Shown here: positions 9,030 to 19,379 of the stretch, piece after piece
How positions within the stretch are numbered: the stretch's first letter is position 1
Layout of the letters: the number at the start of each line of letters is the position of its first letter
Origin: a virus
Direction: 5' to 3' (one strand)
IMG/VR virus record: IMGVR_UViG_3300014913_000009
Span: 25,971-89,970 of that record
Length of the DNA stretch: 64,000 bases
Made by a program: the position numbers and the translations under genes
The notes under the pieces: generated by a model
Database searches by the model: none
What the model was told of the DNA's origin: nothing
Seen by the model: the letters and a program-made list of their open reading frames with translations, nothing else

Positions 9030-9935
9030 ATGGGATACGGCAAACGAATCGGGCAAAAAATTAGAAGTTTTGCCAAAAAAGGAATCAAAGCCGTAACTAT
9101 GCGGGGTGGCGCAAATAGGGTTGCAAAAGGGGTAAAAAAGGTCTCGAAGATAGGACGAGGTGGAGCGCAGGTAAAGGTTGCTCCCAATAATTTTTCGGCA
9201 ATAAAAAGACCACCGAGCGACCCACTAAAAGGATTGACTGTAAAACCTGACGGGATGGTTGATGTTCCGTTGGGAGGAGGGTGGGTTAAACCTACGCCAT
9301 CAAAAGATATTATAGCACAACACGCTAAGGAGTCCCGCATAAGAGGGTATAAGGCAGAAGATCTTATACAACGCGAACTTGACGAAGAAATAATAAGGAG
9401 AGGAGTTAATCCACTTAACATTGGAAGAAACGAAACTTTCATGGATGAGTATGTAAGGAAAAGTGCAGAAGATGCAATCAGAAATCCAAATGCGACGTGG
9501 AATAGAGGCATAGCAGGAAGACAGGCAAAGGCGAGAGGAGGTGCCGATAAAGGTGGAATGAATTGGTTTCAAAGAATGAAACTCAAAATGAAATTGGGAC
9601 CACTAAAAAATATGGATGAATCTATACCAGGAGTTACTCCCGAAATAAATAGAAGAAGAGCACTTAAATGGGGATCACTGGCAGATGAAATTACAGGACA
9701 AAAAGTTGACCTTGAATCAATCAGAGATAATCCAGGCAACTATATACGATCAATACAAAAAAAAGCAAAATACTATAGGGAACATGCTCCGCTGGGAGAT
9801 GATGTACAAGCATATTTTAAGAAGGACATTAATGGAGTTCAAAAACTGGTAGAAAATTTGCAAGACGCAAATGTTCCTCATAACAAAATCATAGATTATA
9901 GAAACCGGTTATTTAGATATCACAGAAACAGATAG
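9030..9935 (+). CDS. Basic hypothetical protein
   Basis: Lys/Arg/Gly-rich ORF with SD, co-oriented. Confidence 0.55.
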   Translation: MGYGKRIGQKIRSFAKKGIKAVTMRGGANRVAKGVKKVSKIGRGGAQVKVAPNNFSAIKRPPSDPLKGLTVKPDGMVDVPLGGGWVKPTPSKDIIAQHAKESRIRGYKAEDLIQRELDEEIIRRGVNPLNIGRNETFMDEYVRKSAEDAIRNPNATWNRGIAGRQAKARGGADKGGMNWFQRMKLKMKLGPLKNMDESIPGVTPEINRRRALKWGSLADEITGQKVDLESIRDNPGNYIRSIQKKAKYYREHAPLGDDVQAYFKKDINGVQKLVENLQDANVPHNKIIDYRNRLFRYHRNR

Positions 9936-9944
9936 GAGATATTT

Positions 9945-10592
9945 ATGACGTCGAGACTAAAAATGGCCGGCTCATTTGGATCGGAACAAACAGCAAAAGT
10001 AGGTTCAAATTTCGGGCGAAAAATGGTCGAACATGGAGGTGTCCGAAAATGGAGTACACACCTAAGAATGTATGGTAGTGGAAGTATGGCGATGAATTCG
10101 AGACCTGAATATGGGTTCCCTGCAGGCAGACGAAAAAAGAAGTATAGAGGCGGGGGAAGTAACACAAGGAAAAAATACAGAGGGAAGGGAGTGCCCAGTC
10201 GCCCCACAACTCCCATATCAAAAGTAAAAGCGACAATAGATAGGGGAAAACGTCCCGGACTGTCATGGAAGAATGGAGCACCTCAAATGAGGGGACCAAA
10301 ATCTCCATTGAAAATTTCTTATTTACGAAGAAAGGCGCACATGAGGGGGCTTCGTGGTATAGATAGGTCTGTCGGAAAATATTCCAAAATGGCAATGGGG
10401 GCAGGAGCAATGATGGGCATGTATGGAATTTACAAATTAGCAAAGACCGAAGGAGAGGAGGGGACTGGATCGCTTCTTTTTGGTGGTGCGATTGCAGCTG
10501 CTGGCGTGATGGGGAAAAAGCCATTAGCATCGGCAATGAAGGGCAATTATCTTAGAAAAATTGGAAGATTGGCAAAGAAGGTAATAAAATAA
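9945..10592 (+). CDS. Highly basic Gly-rich protein with two hydrophobic segments
   Basis: SD AGGAG; GRRKKKYRGGG; MAMGAGAMMGMYGIY and LLFGGAIAAAGVMG. Confidence 0.55.
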   Translation: MTSRLKMAGSFGSEQTAKVGSNFGRKMVEHGGVRKWSTHLRMYGSGSMAMNSRPEYGFPAGRRKKKYRGGGSNTRKKYRGKGVPSRPTTPISKVKATIDRGKRPGLSWKNGAPQMRGPKSPLKISYLRRKAHMRGLRGIDRSVGKYSKMAMGAGAMMGMYGIYKLAKTEGEEGTGSLLFGGAIAAAGVMGKKPLASAMKGNYLRKIGRLAKKVIK

Positions 10593-10605
10593 AGGTAGGC
10601 TAATT

Positions 10606-11037
10606 ATGGCAACAATGGCAACAATAGGGGGGATAACGGCAGCAAGTGTGGCAACAATGGGAGCGATTGGCGTGTCTCAATCAATGGATGCTGGTCCAAC
10701 TCCTCCAGATCCGTGGGAAATCTACCGATGGAAAAGAGCGGGTTTATATATGGGAGTTGGAGGAGTGGCGGGTGGTGGAGCCGGAATGCTCGCAGGAAGA
10801 AAACATCTGGGGAAAAGAGCCGGATGGGGAGCGCTCGCAGGTGCCGCCATAGGAATAATTGGTGGTGCAATTTTTGCCAAGTCTACTACCAACGCAGAAA
10901 AAAGAGGTGCATATATGGGAGGTCGTGTCGGACAAAATGAAGCGATGACCAGAGTCAGCGGAAGTGTTGGGCAAATTGCACAATTAAGAGCGGACATCGC
11001 AAGACTCCATAAACCTATTCGTGGTGGAGGATATTAA
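10606..11037 (+). CDS. Glycine-zipper membrane-type small protein
   Basis: GLYMGVGGVAGGGAGMLAG and GWGALAGAAIGIIGGAIF (GxxxG repeats). Confidence 0.55.
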   Translation: MATMATIGGITAASVATMGAIGVSQSMDAGPTPPDPWEIYRWKRAGLYMGVGGVAGGGAGMLAGRKHLGKRAGWGALAGAAIGIIGGAIFAKSTTNAEKRGAYMGGRVGQNEAMTRVSGSVGQIAQLRADIARLHKPIRGGGY

Positions 11038-12930
11038 TTGGCTAAAGTAAAGGTCCTGGAACATTTGGCAGAACATTTCCAACAAAGCGAAATGTGCAGA
11101 AAATGTATATTGTCTTACCACAAATTATATCAACAGGGCAAAACCAACAATCCCTTTCCTGTAAGTTGCAGGGGAGATTCCAGCGTACCTCCTCCTGGTA
11201 TCGAAAATAATAGAGAAGCACAACAAGCATTCTTATTGAGCGATCCATCAACATGGGCGGAATTTGAATTGGAGGATCCAAAAAATCCTGGTAAGTCGAT
11301 GGAGTATAGATCATATCAAAGTGAGATAGTGAGATGTACTGCGAAAAGATCTGTTGTGCGAATGGGTAGGCGTACTGGTAAAACATTTGGAATAATTACC
11401 AAAATGCTACATCGCATGTTTATCCAGAAAACCACCATCATTGTTTTGGTGCCTCACAATCCCGCCAATGTCGCCATATTCAGGGCAATAGACGATCTTA
11501 TGCGAGGATCAAAAATATTGCAACAATGTATTTCTAGAAGAGTAAAAAACCCGAGGATCATAGAGTTTAAGAATGGCTCCCGCATTGAAGGCTTTATTAT
11601 CAATTCTGGAACCGGAACAAATCCCGATAAAATACGAGGTCAGGGAGCAGATATTTTATATGTTGATGAAGCAGACTTCATCCCCCCTGAAGACTTTACC
11701 CCGGTTTGGGCTATACTTATGGACAATAAGGATGCCGAGTTCTGGATGACTTCAACGCCATCTGGACTAAAAGAAGTTTTTTATTTTAATTGCACCGAAA
11801 AAGATCGCGGTTGGCGAGAGCATTACCATTCATGTCTAGAACATCCCGATTGGGCTGAAATGGAAGCAGACATGAGGGAGCAATATAAATATAATAAAAT
11901 AGGATGGGATCATGAGGTTATGGCGCTTTTCGCCGAAGTTGAGGGTGGCGTATATTCTACTGTTGCACTTGAAAATTCTGTCGAGAAATATACTTACGAC
12001 GCAATGAGAAGGCAAGATGAATGTATTTATGCACTTGGTGTCGATTGGAACGGACATCCGATTGGAGATGTTGGTATCGTCGTTGAATATAATCCGCAAT
12101 CAAACAAATTTAAAGTTGTCGATAAATTTATATCGGCCGAAAAAGAATATACGCAATTAAAAGCCATACAAAAAATCATAGAAGTATCGCAAAAATGGAA
12201 AATAGATCAATTGTGGGTTGATTCCGGATATGGGAGCCCTCAGATTGAAATGCTAAAAAAATATGCGATAGAACGCCCCGAACTAAAGCTCATCCATAAA
12301 ATAAAAGGCATACAAATGGGCGGGAAGACAGAAGTCCGTGATCCATGGACTGGAGGTATGATAAAAAAGAGAAACAAATCCCTTATTGTATCAATTACCG
12401 CCGAAAAAATCGCCAGAGGGAACTGTATCTTCCCAAGTGCAGAAGAACCAAAGGGAGGTTTGGTTGATCAATTGAGAAGTCTTAGAATTAAACGGATGGG
12501 ACTTGATGGGGATCCAGTTTTTGAAGAATCGGAAGATCATGCAATGGTAGCATGGCAATGTGCAGTATATGCAATTATGATGAAATATTCCGACATCAAT
12601 TCGTCAATAGGAGTGTCCCATATAGATGTCGCTCCGACCATTATGAGGAACGGCAGGAAACTCATCCCATTACAAGATACAGGATCAATGAATATTGAGC
12701 CAGATCTCTTAAATTATATGCGCAAAGACATAATGAATAGAGACGATAGAAGTGTATTCCATAGCCCGCAACATGGAGCGTCAACACAACTATCACGCAA
12801 AATCGGTGGTATGCCCTTGAAGCAAAATGAAAACAAAAGAGGCAATTTTTCTAAAAGTCCATTTAGACGAACACAAAAAGATTTTGTATTTGGACAAGAA
12901 AAAAGGCCTACACGGAGGAGACGGCGTTGA
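11038..12930 (+). CDS. terL: Terminase large subunit
   Basis: Q-motif YRSYQ, Walker A MGRRTGKT, Walker B LYVDEAD, coupling MTSTP, RNase H-like LGVDWN and DHAM; TTG start with GGAGG SD. Confidence 0.95.
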   Translation: MAKVKVLEHLAEHFQQSEMCRKCILSYHKLYQQGKTNNPFPVSCRGDSSVPPPGIENNREAQQAFLLSDPSTWAEFELEDPKNPGKSMEYRSYQSEIVRCTAKRSVVRMGRRTGKTFGIITKMLHRMFIQKTTIIVLVPHNPANVAIFRAIDDLMRGSKILQQCISRRVKNPRIIEFKNGSRIEGFIINSGTGTNPDKIRGQGADILYVDEADFIPPEDFTPVWAILMDNKDAEFWMTSTPSGLKEVFYFNCTEKDRGWREHYHSCLEHPDWAEMEADMREQYKYNKIGWDHEVMALFAEVEGGVYSTVALENSVEKYTYDAMRRQDECIYALGVDWNGHPIGDVGIVVEYNPQSNKFKVVDKFISAEKEYTQLKAIQKIIEVSQKWKIDQLWVDSGYGSPQIEMLKKYAIERPELKLIHKIKGIQMGGKTEVRDPWTGGMIKKRNKSLIVSITAEKIARGNCIFPSAEEPKGGLVDQLRSLRIKRMGLDGDPVFEESEDHAMVAWQCAVYAIMMKYSDINSSIGVSHIDVAPTIMRNGRKLIPLQDTGSMNIEPDLLNYMRKDIMNRDDRSVFHSPQHGASTQLSRKIGGMPLKQNENKRGNFSKSPFRRTQKDFVFGQEKRPTRRRRR

Positions 12931-15776
12931 GCAAATTCCGAAAAAAGCCAAGCATAAAATTCGAGAGACCAAGATCCACATCGAAAAGCGGCATTAATTC
13001 TGCTGCTGGCAGAAAATATGGCGAAGCCAATATGAGGGATACTGGCGAAGGTGGATATGCTGATACCAAAATCCCAATCTTTGATATTGCATCGAAATCA
13101 AGTGCTGAGGAAGCCGACGAAGCATTCCTTCTTGTTTCTGGAGTAATGTCGAAACTTGAGCAGGCAATGAATATAGCAAGGGTTGCCCCAAAGGCAAGTT
13201 TTATTCCTGTTGATAGTGCGTCTCGTAACATAAGACAAGCAGTCATGAGGAGAGATAGGACCAATGCTCCTGAAGGAGACAAAATTCACTGGGACTTATT
13301 TGAGCGCATAATCAATCATGCTGTCAATCAATATGATTTTGTTAATTTCGAGTTTCTTGACAATCTGCAAAATGAACCATATTCAGATACTGTAAATTGG
13401 AATGCAAATCAGATTATAAATGATTTGATGCAAGATGGCAATGACATGTTTGCCAATGCGTCGGACACTGTTGGCGATGATGATTTAACGCCGGGACAAT
13501 ATACTGCCCAATTTATTAACAATGGATTACCGCAAGACAAATGGAGTTGGTTAAGAAAACTCTTATTATATTCCGCGCCATTAATATATCTATATTTCGA
13601 CTATAAATTAAAAGGTCCTCTAAAATCATTGGACGATGCCGGTGTTGCCGGTGGTAAAATGCCTGCAGGGACAGAGTATGGGACAATTATTGTCCAGATA
13701 TTAATCGGCATAGCCATTTATCTCCTTATCCAAGGACTTACGGCACAGCAAATGAAGGATATGCTTCGTGATGCGGGATTTGAAAAAGACATGAAGAAAA
13801 GAGGTATCCCAGCTGATCTCGACAATTTATGTATGCAAGCACAATCATTACTAAATGGTGATTCCATTACCCTCGATGGCTTTGGGGCTCCGGGTAAAAC
13901 TTATGCTTTGGGCGATTTACCATTAGGCGTTAGTGTCGAATTTTTGCACAATGCCACGGCATATATGGGGCAGGGCGATTGGGAAATAATGAGAGATTAT
14001 TGCGTTGGCTTCCTAATGAATCATTTGGTTGATGATGAATATTATCCATGGCATATGTATCTTGACTCCAGGATTGGATATGACGATCTTGAAGGAGTCA
14101 TAGAACAAGCTCCATCATATTCTCCGTTATTCAGGGTGCATGCAATAAATAATGATGTCACGATAAATAATGGCGGATCTTATAATACAAACGATCCTGA
14201 TTTTCCATTAACCGGAAATGATACCGAAGGATCGCGCGAAGCGAGAGCCCAAAGAAATAGTACTGATTATTCCAAAAAATTTGAAGCTCCATCGGCAATG
14301 GATGCTGTTGGCGATGCACTTGGCAATATTGGCGATGATTTGCTCGATACTGTTGGAGAAGGAATAGAATTCGGCAATGCGGTTGATGGTGGAGCAAGTA
14401 CTATCGACGATTATACAATGTGGAAAATGATGACTGTCGATGCTGGCCAGTATGGATATATTGACTGGAAGGGCGAAGAATTCAAATATACCGCAAATAA
14501 TCACAGAACGCCTGAACAGGCATCAAGAATGAATGCCGAAGCCGAAAAAGAACTCAGGGAAAGATATCAAAACAGATTTACTATGGCCAGGCATATTAGC
14601 GGGATTCAAGAAAAGATGAGTGGCGCAGTAAAAGGGGCTGGTGATTATCTAAAAATGGATCTCGATAAATTACATTGGACAAGAGAAATTGCATGGGTCT
14701 GGAACAAAATCGTAGAATCATTAGTTGCGAATCTGTCGTGGCAAGATTGGTATAAAGAATTTTTGTGTTGTTTCATTCGAGCTATCGCATATTATAATCC
14801 GGCATTTATATCAGTATTAAAAGAACTTCTCCGATGGGCAACAATGAATATGACCATCAATTATGGAGAAATGCTCAAAAAATTATACGACAAATTCTGG
14901 GTTAGTATGATAGAGGAATTCAAAAAAGCACTACATACAATGCTCGATGAAGCATGGCAGAATGTGCTTGATACTTATATCCTCCCATTCATTGAAACAA
15001 ATACACAGGGCGAAGAAAATGAATATTGCTATTTATGGAAAATGTTATTGGAAGCATTGCTCAATTCAATGAAGCAATTTAAAGCCGCCATAGATGCTAT
15101 TATCGACGATCTGTTTAAGCGCCTAATTATCAATTCTGATATATTTAATCAAAAACTAGTATTGAGAATGGGATGTAAATATCTCGATATGTTTGCAAAA
15201 TTATTGGATAAAATATTAGAATTCGCCGAAGAATGTGGATTACAAGAAACAGAAGAAGGGTTGGCACAACTTGAATCGTGGTTATCTGAACATGGACTAA
15301 GCACATTCAATCAGACCATTCCAAGCAATCTATCCCCAGACGCCATTAATGCGTTATACGGCAATAATAATGGCGAAATCCCCGATCCCTCAAGTGGTAT
15401 GGATGGAATCGCAGATATGGTTGGGGGAATTATTGGGGTGAGTGATGTAGACGATAATGGCAATCCAATATCGGAAACTCCAGTAGAACAAAGAACGTAT
15501 AATTCTATAACAGCATATGGACATAAAGTGGATATTCCTGTAAAATATCAAAAGGCAGCTCCCACGAACTCGTGGTGGTTTGGCGAACCCATTGACTACG
15601 ATGGACTAATTGTTATGCCAGTATCAGCATTGCTGGAGAAGAAATATAAAGACAAAGATTTTGCAGAAGAACAGAAACGAAGATGTAGAGACCAATTAAC
15701 TCCGGAGAGAATGAAACAAATGGTTAAGCGATTTCCGCGCAATATGATTGACCCTCGAATTAACAATAGGAATTAA
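12927..15776 (+). CDS. Large hypothetical protein between terminase and portal
   Basis: 949-aa ORF, TTGA overlap with terL stop, GGAGGAG SD. Confidence 0.7.
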   Translation: MSKFRKKPSIKFERPRSTSKSGINSAAGRKYGEANMRDTGEGGYADTKIPIFDIASKSSAEEADEAFLLVSGVMSKLEQAMNIARVAPKASFIPVDSASRNIRQAVMRRDRTNAPEGDKIHWDLFERIINHAVNQYDFVNFEFLDNLQNEPYSDTVNWNANQIINDLMQDGNDMFANASDTVGDDDLTPGQYTAQFINNGLPQDKWSWLRKLLLYSAPLIYLYFDYKLKGPLKSLDDAGVAGGKMPAGTEYGTIIVQILIGIAIYLLIQGLTAQQMKDMLRDAGFEKDMKKRGIPADLDNLCMQAQSLLNGDSITLDGFGAPGKTYALGDLPLGVSVEFLHNATAYMGQGDWEIMRDYCVGFLMNHLVDDEYYPWHMYLDSRIGYDDLEGVIEQAPSYSPLFRVHAINNDVTINNGGSYNTNDPDFPLTGNDTEGSREARAQRNSTDYSKKFEAPSAMDAVGDALGNIGDDLLDTVGEGIEFGNAVDGGASTIDDYTMWKMMTVDAGQYGYIDWKGEEFKYTANNHRTPEQASRMNAEAEKELRERYQNRFTMARHISGIQEKMSGAVKGAGDYLKMDLDKLHWTREIAWVWNKIVESLVANLSWQDWYKEFLCCFIRAIAYYNPAFISVLKELLRWATMNMTINYGEMLKKLYDKFWVSMIEEFKKALHTMLDEAWQNVLDTYILPFIETNTQGEENEYCYLWKMLLEALLNSMKQFKAAIDAIIDDLFKRLIINSDIFNQKLVLRMGCKYLDMFAKLLDKILEFAEECGLQETEEGLAQLESWLSEHGLSTFNQTIPSNLSPDAINALYGNNNGEIPDPSSGMDGIADMVGGIIGVSDVDDNGNPISETPVEQRTYNSITAYGHKVDIPVKYQKAAPTNSWWFGEPIDYDGLIVMPVSALLEKKYKDKDFAEEQKRRCRDQLTPERMKQMVKRFPRNMIDPRINNRN

Positions 15777-15777
15777 A

Positions 15778-17757
15778 ATGCCAAGAACACACAGAATACA
15801 ATCTCCAGCACATGACAGAATAGCCCCTTCATCCATGATGTCTAAAAGCAATCCAAGCGCGATTAGCCACGAGATTATAGAACGGAAGGAAATATTGCCT
15901 CCATTAGTGACATTCGCGCCAAAACTCCCGAGGAACATCCATCGACAAAGATCTAATTTTGAGGAAATCCCATATGATTTAACGGAAATTGTTCGCGCGG
16001 AAGATACCGATTCCTATGTAGCAAAGTCATTTAACGAACATACGCAACTCATTATGAGAGAGGGATTCGCAATAAAAAGTCAGGATGAGGAGACAGAAAG
16101 ATATTGTAATATAAGAATGAAAGAAATACAAATACTTACCGGTATTTCTCCAACAGCGCTTTTAAGGAAAATAGCCCGATCAGTAGTTAGATATTGCAAT
16201 GCATATGTAGTCAAGTCTAGAGTTCCCGCACCATGCATCGGAAAAACATACAGAATGAACAATAGGGATCTCGATCCTATTGTTGGATTATTCGTCGCAG
16301 ATCCACTTACAATAAGTATTCTGCGAGATCATAGGGGTCGCCCCAAAATGTATAAGCAATTTGTTCCAGAAACAAATGGGGTGCGATTTTGGAGCCCCGA
16401 AGATGTAATTCATATTTCCTACAATCATCGTGCGGGCTTTCCCTATGGAACGCCATGGATTATCCCGTCATTAGATGATGTTCGCTTTTTAAGGCGATTT
16501 GAGGAGCATGCAGATATTTTGGGAGGCAATTTCGCACAACCATTTATTGTGTGGAAAATTGGCACCGATGCAATGCCTACAATGGTTAATCCGGAAACAG
16601 GGGAGTCCGAAACAGCATTGGTAAAAAGAGAAATCCAAAGGTTAGCACAAGAAGGTATCGCCATCGTTGGACACAGGCATAATCCAGAAGCACTTAACAC
16701 ATCTGATAGCGGAGTGAATCTTGTCCCATATCTCGAATACCTCAAAGATCGTGTAGTATCCGGCGTTGGATTAAGTTCAATTAGTCTTGGACAAGGAGGC
16801 ACGGCAAACAGAGCGACAGCAACGCACTTAATGCAAGTTGCCATAAATAGATGCAAAGATATACAAGAGGTAATCGCCGATAAAATATCATCAACATTAC
16901 TTTTTGAGTTACAGCTTGATAGCGGAAAATCATTCTCAGTCGCCAATGAAGCATATTTTGAATTTGCGGAGATTGATGTCGAAGCACAGCAATCAAGAGA
17001 AAACCATGCCACAGCATTATTCCAGGCCGGAGCGATGACTCATACAGAATTAAGACGCGAAATGAATCTTAATCCATTCTCAGAAGAAGATAAGAATGAC
17101 GACTTTATTGCATGGGGAGATAGAAAGAATCGTGCAGATTTAGAAGCTCAAAAAGAACTGTCATTAGAGCCACAATTAGAAATGCAAGAGAAAACAGCCA
17201 AAATGAGTGCTGCGACAGGTCTTGCTAAATCAAAATCCTCCCCATCTTCTTCCGGCAATGGATCGAAAAAATCAATTGCCAACAAAAACCAACCTTCTAA
17301 TCAATATGGAACAAAGAAGACAAAAACAAAGGTAACAAAGAATGATGCTATTAAAAATGTGAACTTGGAACAATCCATACTTATCAATTCATTGTTAAAC
17401 AAGGACAACTTGAAAAATAATCAGAAAATTATTTCAAAAACCTTCGATAAATACCTTGACAAAATAACACTTATGGTTGATGATTTAACCAGGGATATAA
17501 TTACTTCCTTCTGTACAAGGGAGACAATAGAGTATCCAGATGACGAGATTATAGTGGGTATTATTGAAAAAGTATGGAATAGAGGGTTTGACGAATCCTT
17601 GAAAAATACTCAAAAATATTTAATATCAGATGAAAATAAAGATAAAATAATCGAGAATGTCAAAAAAGAGGGAACAAAAATACAAACCCTCATTCATATA
17701 GTGACTGAACAATTGGAAAACGATCTTAAAAAGTTATTGCACGAGGACACAAAATGA
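15778..17757 (+). CDS. Portal protein
   Basis: Position; EDVIHISYN..GFPYGTPWI.P.LDD, ANRATA, ELRREMNLNP motifs; start set at ATG 15778. Confidence 0.88.
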   Translation: MPRTHRIQSPAHDRIAPSSMMSKSNPSAISHEIIERKEILPPLVTFAPKLPRNIHRQRSNFEEIPYDLTEIVRAEDTDSYVAKSFNEHTQLIMREGFAIKSQDEETERYCNIRMKEIQILTGISPTALLRKIARSVVRYCNAYVVKSRVPAPCIGKTYRMNNRDLDPIVGLFVADPLTISILRDHRGRPKMYKQFVPETNGVRFWSPEDVIHISYNHRAGFPYGTPWIIPSLDDVRFLRRFEEHADILGGNFAQPFIVWKIGTDAMPTMVNPETGESETALVKREIQRLAQEGIAIVGHRHNPEALNTSDSGVNLVPYLEYLKDRVVSGVGLSSISLGQGGTANRATATHLMQVAINRCKDIQEVIADKISSTLLFELQLDSGKSFSVANEAYFEFAEIDVEAQQSRENHATALFQAGAMTHTELRREMNLNPFSEEDKNDDFIAWGDRKNRADLEAQKELSLEPQLEMQEKTAKMSAATGLAKSKSSPSSSGNGSKKSIANKNQPSNQYGTKKTKTKVTKNDAIKNVNLEQSILINSLLNKDNLKNNQKIISKTFDKYLDKITLMVDDLTRDIITSFCTRETIEYPDDEIIVGIIEKVWNRGFDESLKNTQKYLISDENKDKIIENVKKEGTKIQTLIHIVTEQLENDLKKLLHEDTK

Positions 17758-19328
17758 CAAAAGATATTGCCGCAATAGATCTTTATCAATTCGATTCTTC
17801 CGCCATAGATATTAATAAGGTGGATAGATTTTTTGACAATCAAAAGAAATCAATCAAGGCTAGCGGCAAATCGAAAGAAGAAGTATCTACTATTCTTCGC
17901 CCGACTATTGATGCTACTCGAAGCGATTCGATAGTAAATGCCCGTTGTTATGCTGGCTATAGAGTCAATCAAGCAATCCCAACATGGACTAAACCCTATG
18001 CAAAGCCAGTCTTACCACATCATAGATCAAGTGATTCCTCTGGTTTTTTTGGAGGAGGGTCAAAGGCAGAGGATGCACTAGGAAGAGTCCATAAGGCAAC
18101 ATTCCGTCCATTTCCTGGAGCAGACCTCAGAAATGGATTTGTATCGGCAACAAAAGGAGGGGCAGGATCAGGACAAGTATTATTGGAAGTCGATATTACT
18201 AATAGTGATGCACAGGAAAAAATACTGGATAGAAGATACTTGACAGTATCGACAAGCCAAGGGACGACGGATGCGACTTGTAGTATTTGCGGATCATCCC
18301 TTGTCTCGGGAGGCTGCTCGCATCGACCCGGGAGAAAATACCCATTAGAAGAAACATCTCCATTATACAAATTCTTATCCGGCGATGCAAAAAAGAAAAA
18401 GAAAATTTATGCAGATTGTTTTTCAATCTGGGATCAAAAAATAAACTTTAGAGAAGTAAGTTTCGTTAATATTCCAGCACAGCAATATGCGGGAGTATTA
18501 TCAACCAAATGGGTTGATGTGCAAGATGACGAAAGCTTAGATTTAGATATTTCACAAATAGATATTTACGACGGCACATCAGATCATGTCGGCGTAATAA
18601 GTATGACTGCAACCAATGGTTTGGTCACACAGGAACTATTTGCTGATGACTGGTTTCAATCTCCAAGTGGTCTTTACGTGAGCGCGCCAGCACACGATTA
18701 CGAGGAGGACGAGATAAATAATATGGATATGGGGAACAGGAATCCTCCGGCTACACAGCCAAAAAAGGGCAAGGAGCCCGAACATGTAGATAATCATTCT
18801 TTTCAATCTAATGTAGGAGAAGATACAGTGGAAATCAAAGAATTAGAAAAAAAGCTTGAAGTCGAGACGAAGAAAGTATCTGATGCGGAAGCGAAGATAA
18901 AAGAATTGTCCGCCGAGCGCGATTCCCTGAAGGAAGAGATAGGAAAGATCACTGAAGCAAAAGACGAGGCGGAAAAACGCTTTGTTGATTCACAATCCAA
19001 GCGCCTGTTTGATATGTATCAGACTTGTGGTATTTATGACAAAGAAATGTCAGAAGAAGATACCAAGGAGGCTTTGGACGAATTAGCAAAACGCTCTCTC
19101 GAATCCCTCAGTGGCTCTATAGAAGATCTTAGCCCGAAATACAATTCAATTGTAGAATCGCAAACAAAACAGAATGAAGATGAGGATGATAGTCAGGACA
19201 AAGATGATGAACCTGATGTTGCAGACGATACGAAAAAGGCAGCCGGAACTGTAGAAGATCCTACGGTCAAAAAATCGGAACCTGTAGAGTATGTAAAACC
19301 AACTATGGCTTCAGCTCTTGGATTCTAG
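17754..19328 (+). CDS. Prohead maturation protease fused to C-terminal coiled-coil scaffold
   Basis: KPVLPHH, YLTVSTS, CSICG..CSHRPG, REVSFVNIPA; acidic coiled-coil C-terminus. Confidence 0.82.
   Translation: MTKDIAAIDLYQFDSSAIDINKVDRFFDNQKKSIKASGKSKEEVSTILRPTIDATRSDSIVNARCYAGYRVNQAIPTWTKPYAKPVLPHHRSSDSSGFFGGGSKAEDALGRVHKATFRPFPGADLRNGFVSATKGGAGSGQVLLEVDITNSDAQEKILDRRYLTVSTSQGTTDATCSICGSSLVSGGCSHRPGRKYPLEETSPLYKFLSGDAKKKKKIYADCFSIWDQKINFREVSFVNIPAQQYAGVLSTKWVDVQDDESLDLDISQIDIYDGTSDHVGVISMTATNGLVTQELFADDWFQSPSGLYVSAPAHDYEEDEINNMDMGNRNPPATQPKKGKEPEHVDNHSFQSNVGEDTVEIKELEKKLEVETKKVSDAEAKIKELSAERDSLKEEIGKITEAKDEAEKRFVDSQSKRLFDMYQTCGIYDKEMSEEDTKEALDELAKRSLESLSGSIEDLSPKYNSIVESQTKQNEDEDDSQDKDDEPDVADDTKKAAGTVEDPTVKKSEPVEYVKPTMASALGF
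18828..19328 (+). CDS. Probable nested in-frame scaffold protein
   Basis: AGGAG at 18815-18819, 8 nt before in-frame GTG that begins the coiled coil. Confidence 0.5.
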   Translation: MEIKELEKKLEVETKKVSDAEAKIKELSAERDSLKEEIGKITEAKDEAEKRFVDSQSKRLFDMYQTCGIYDKEMSEEDTKEALDELAKRSLESLSGSIEDLSPKYNSIVESQTKQNEDEDDSQDKDDEPDVADDTKKAAGTVEDPTVKKSEPVEYVKPTMASALGF

Positions 19329-19379
19329 TGACAATCATCAATTATTTTTTTGGAAACCTATTAACGGAGATTTATAACT

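Noticed and set aside
10606-10623. Tandem ATGGCAACA repeat
   Set aside because: Only two copies encoding MATMAT; no evident function
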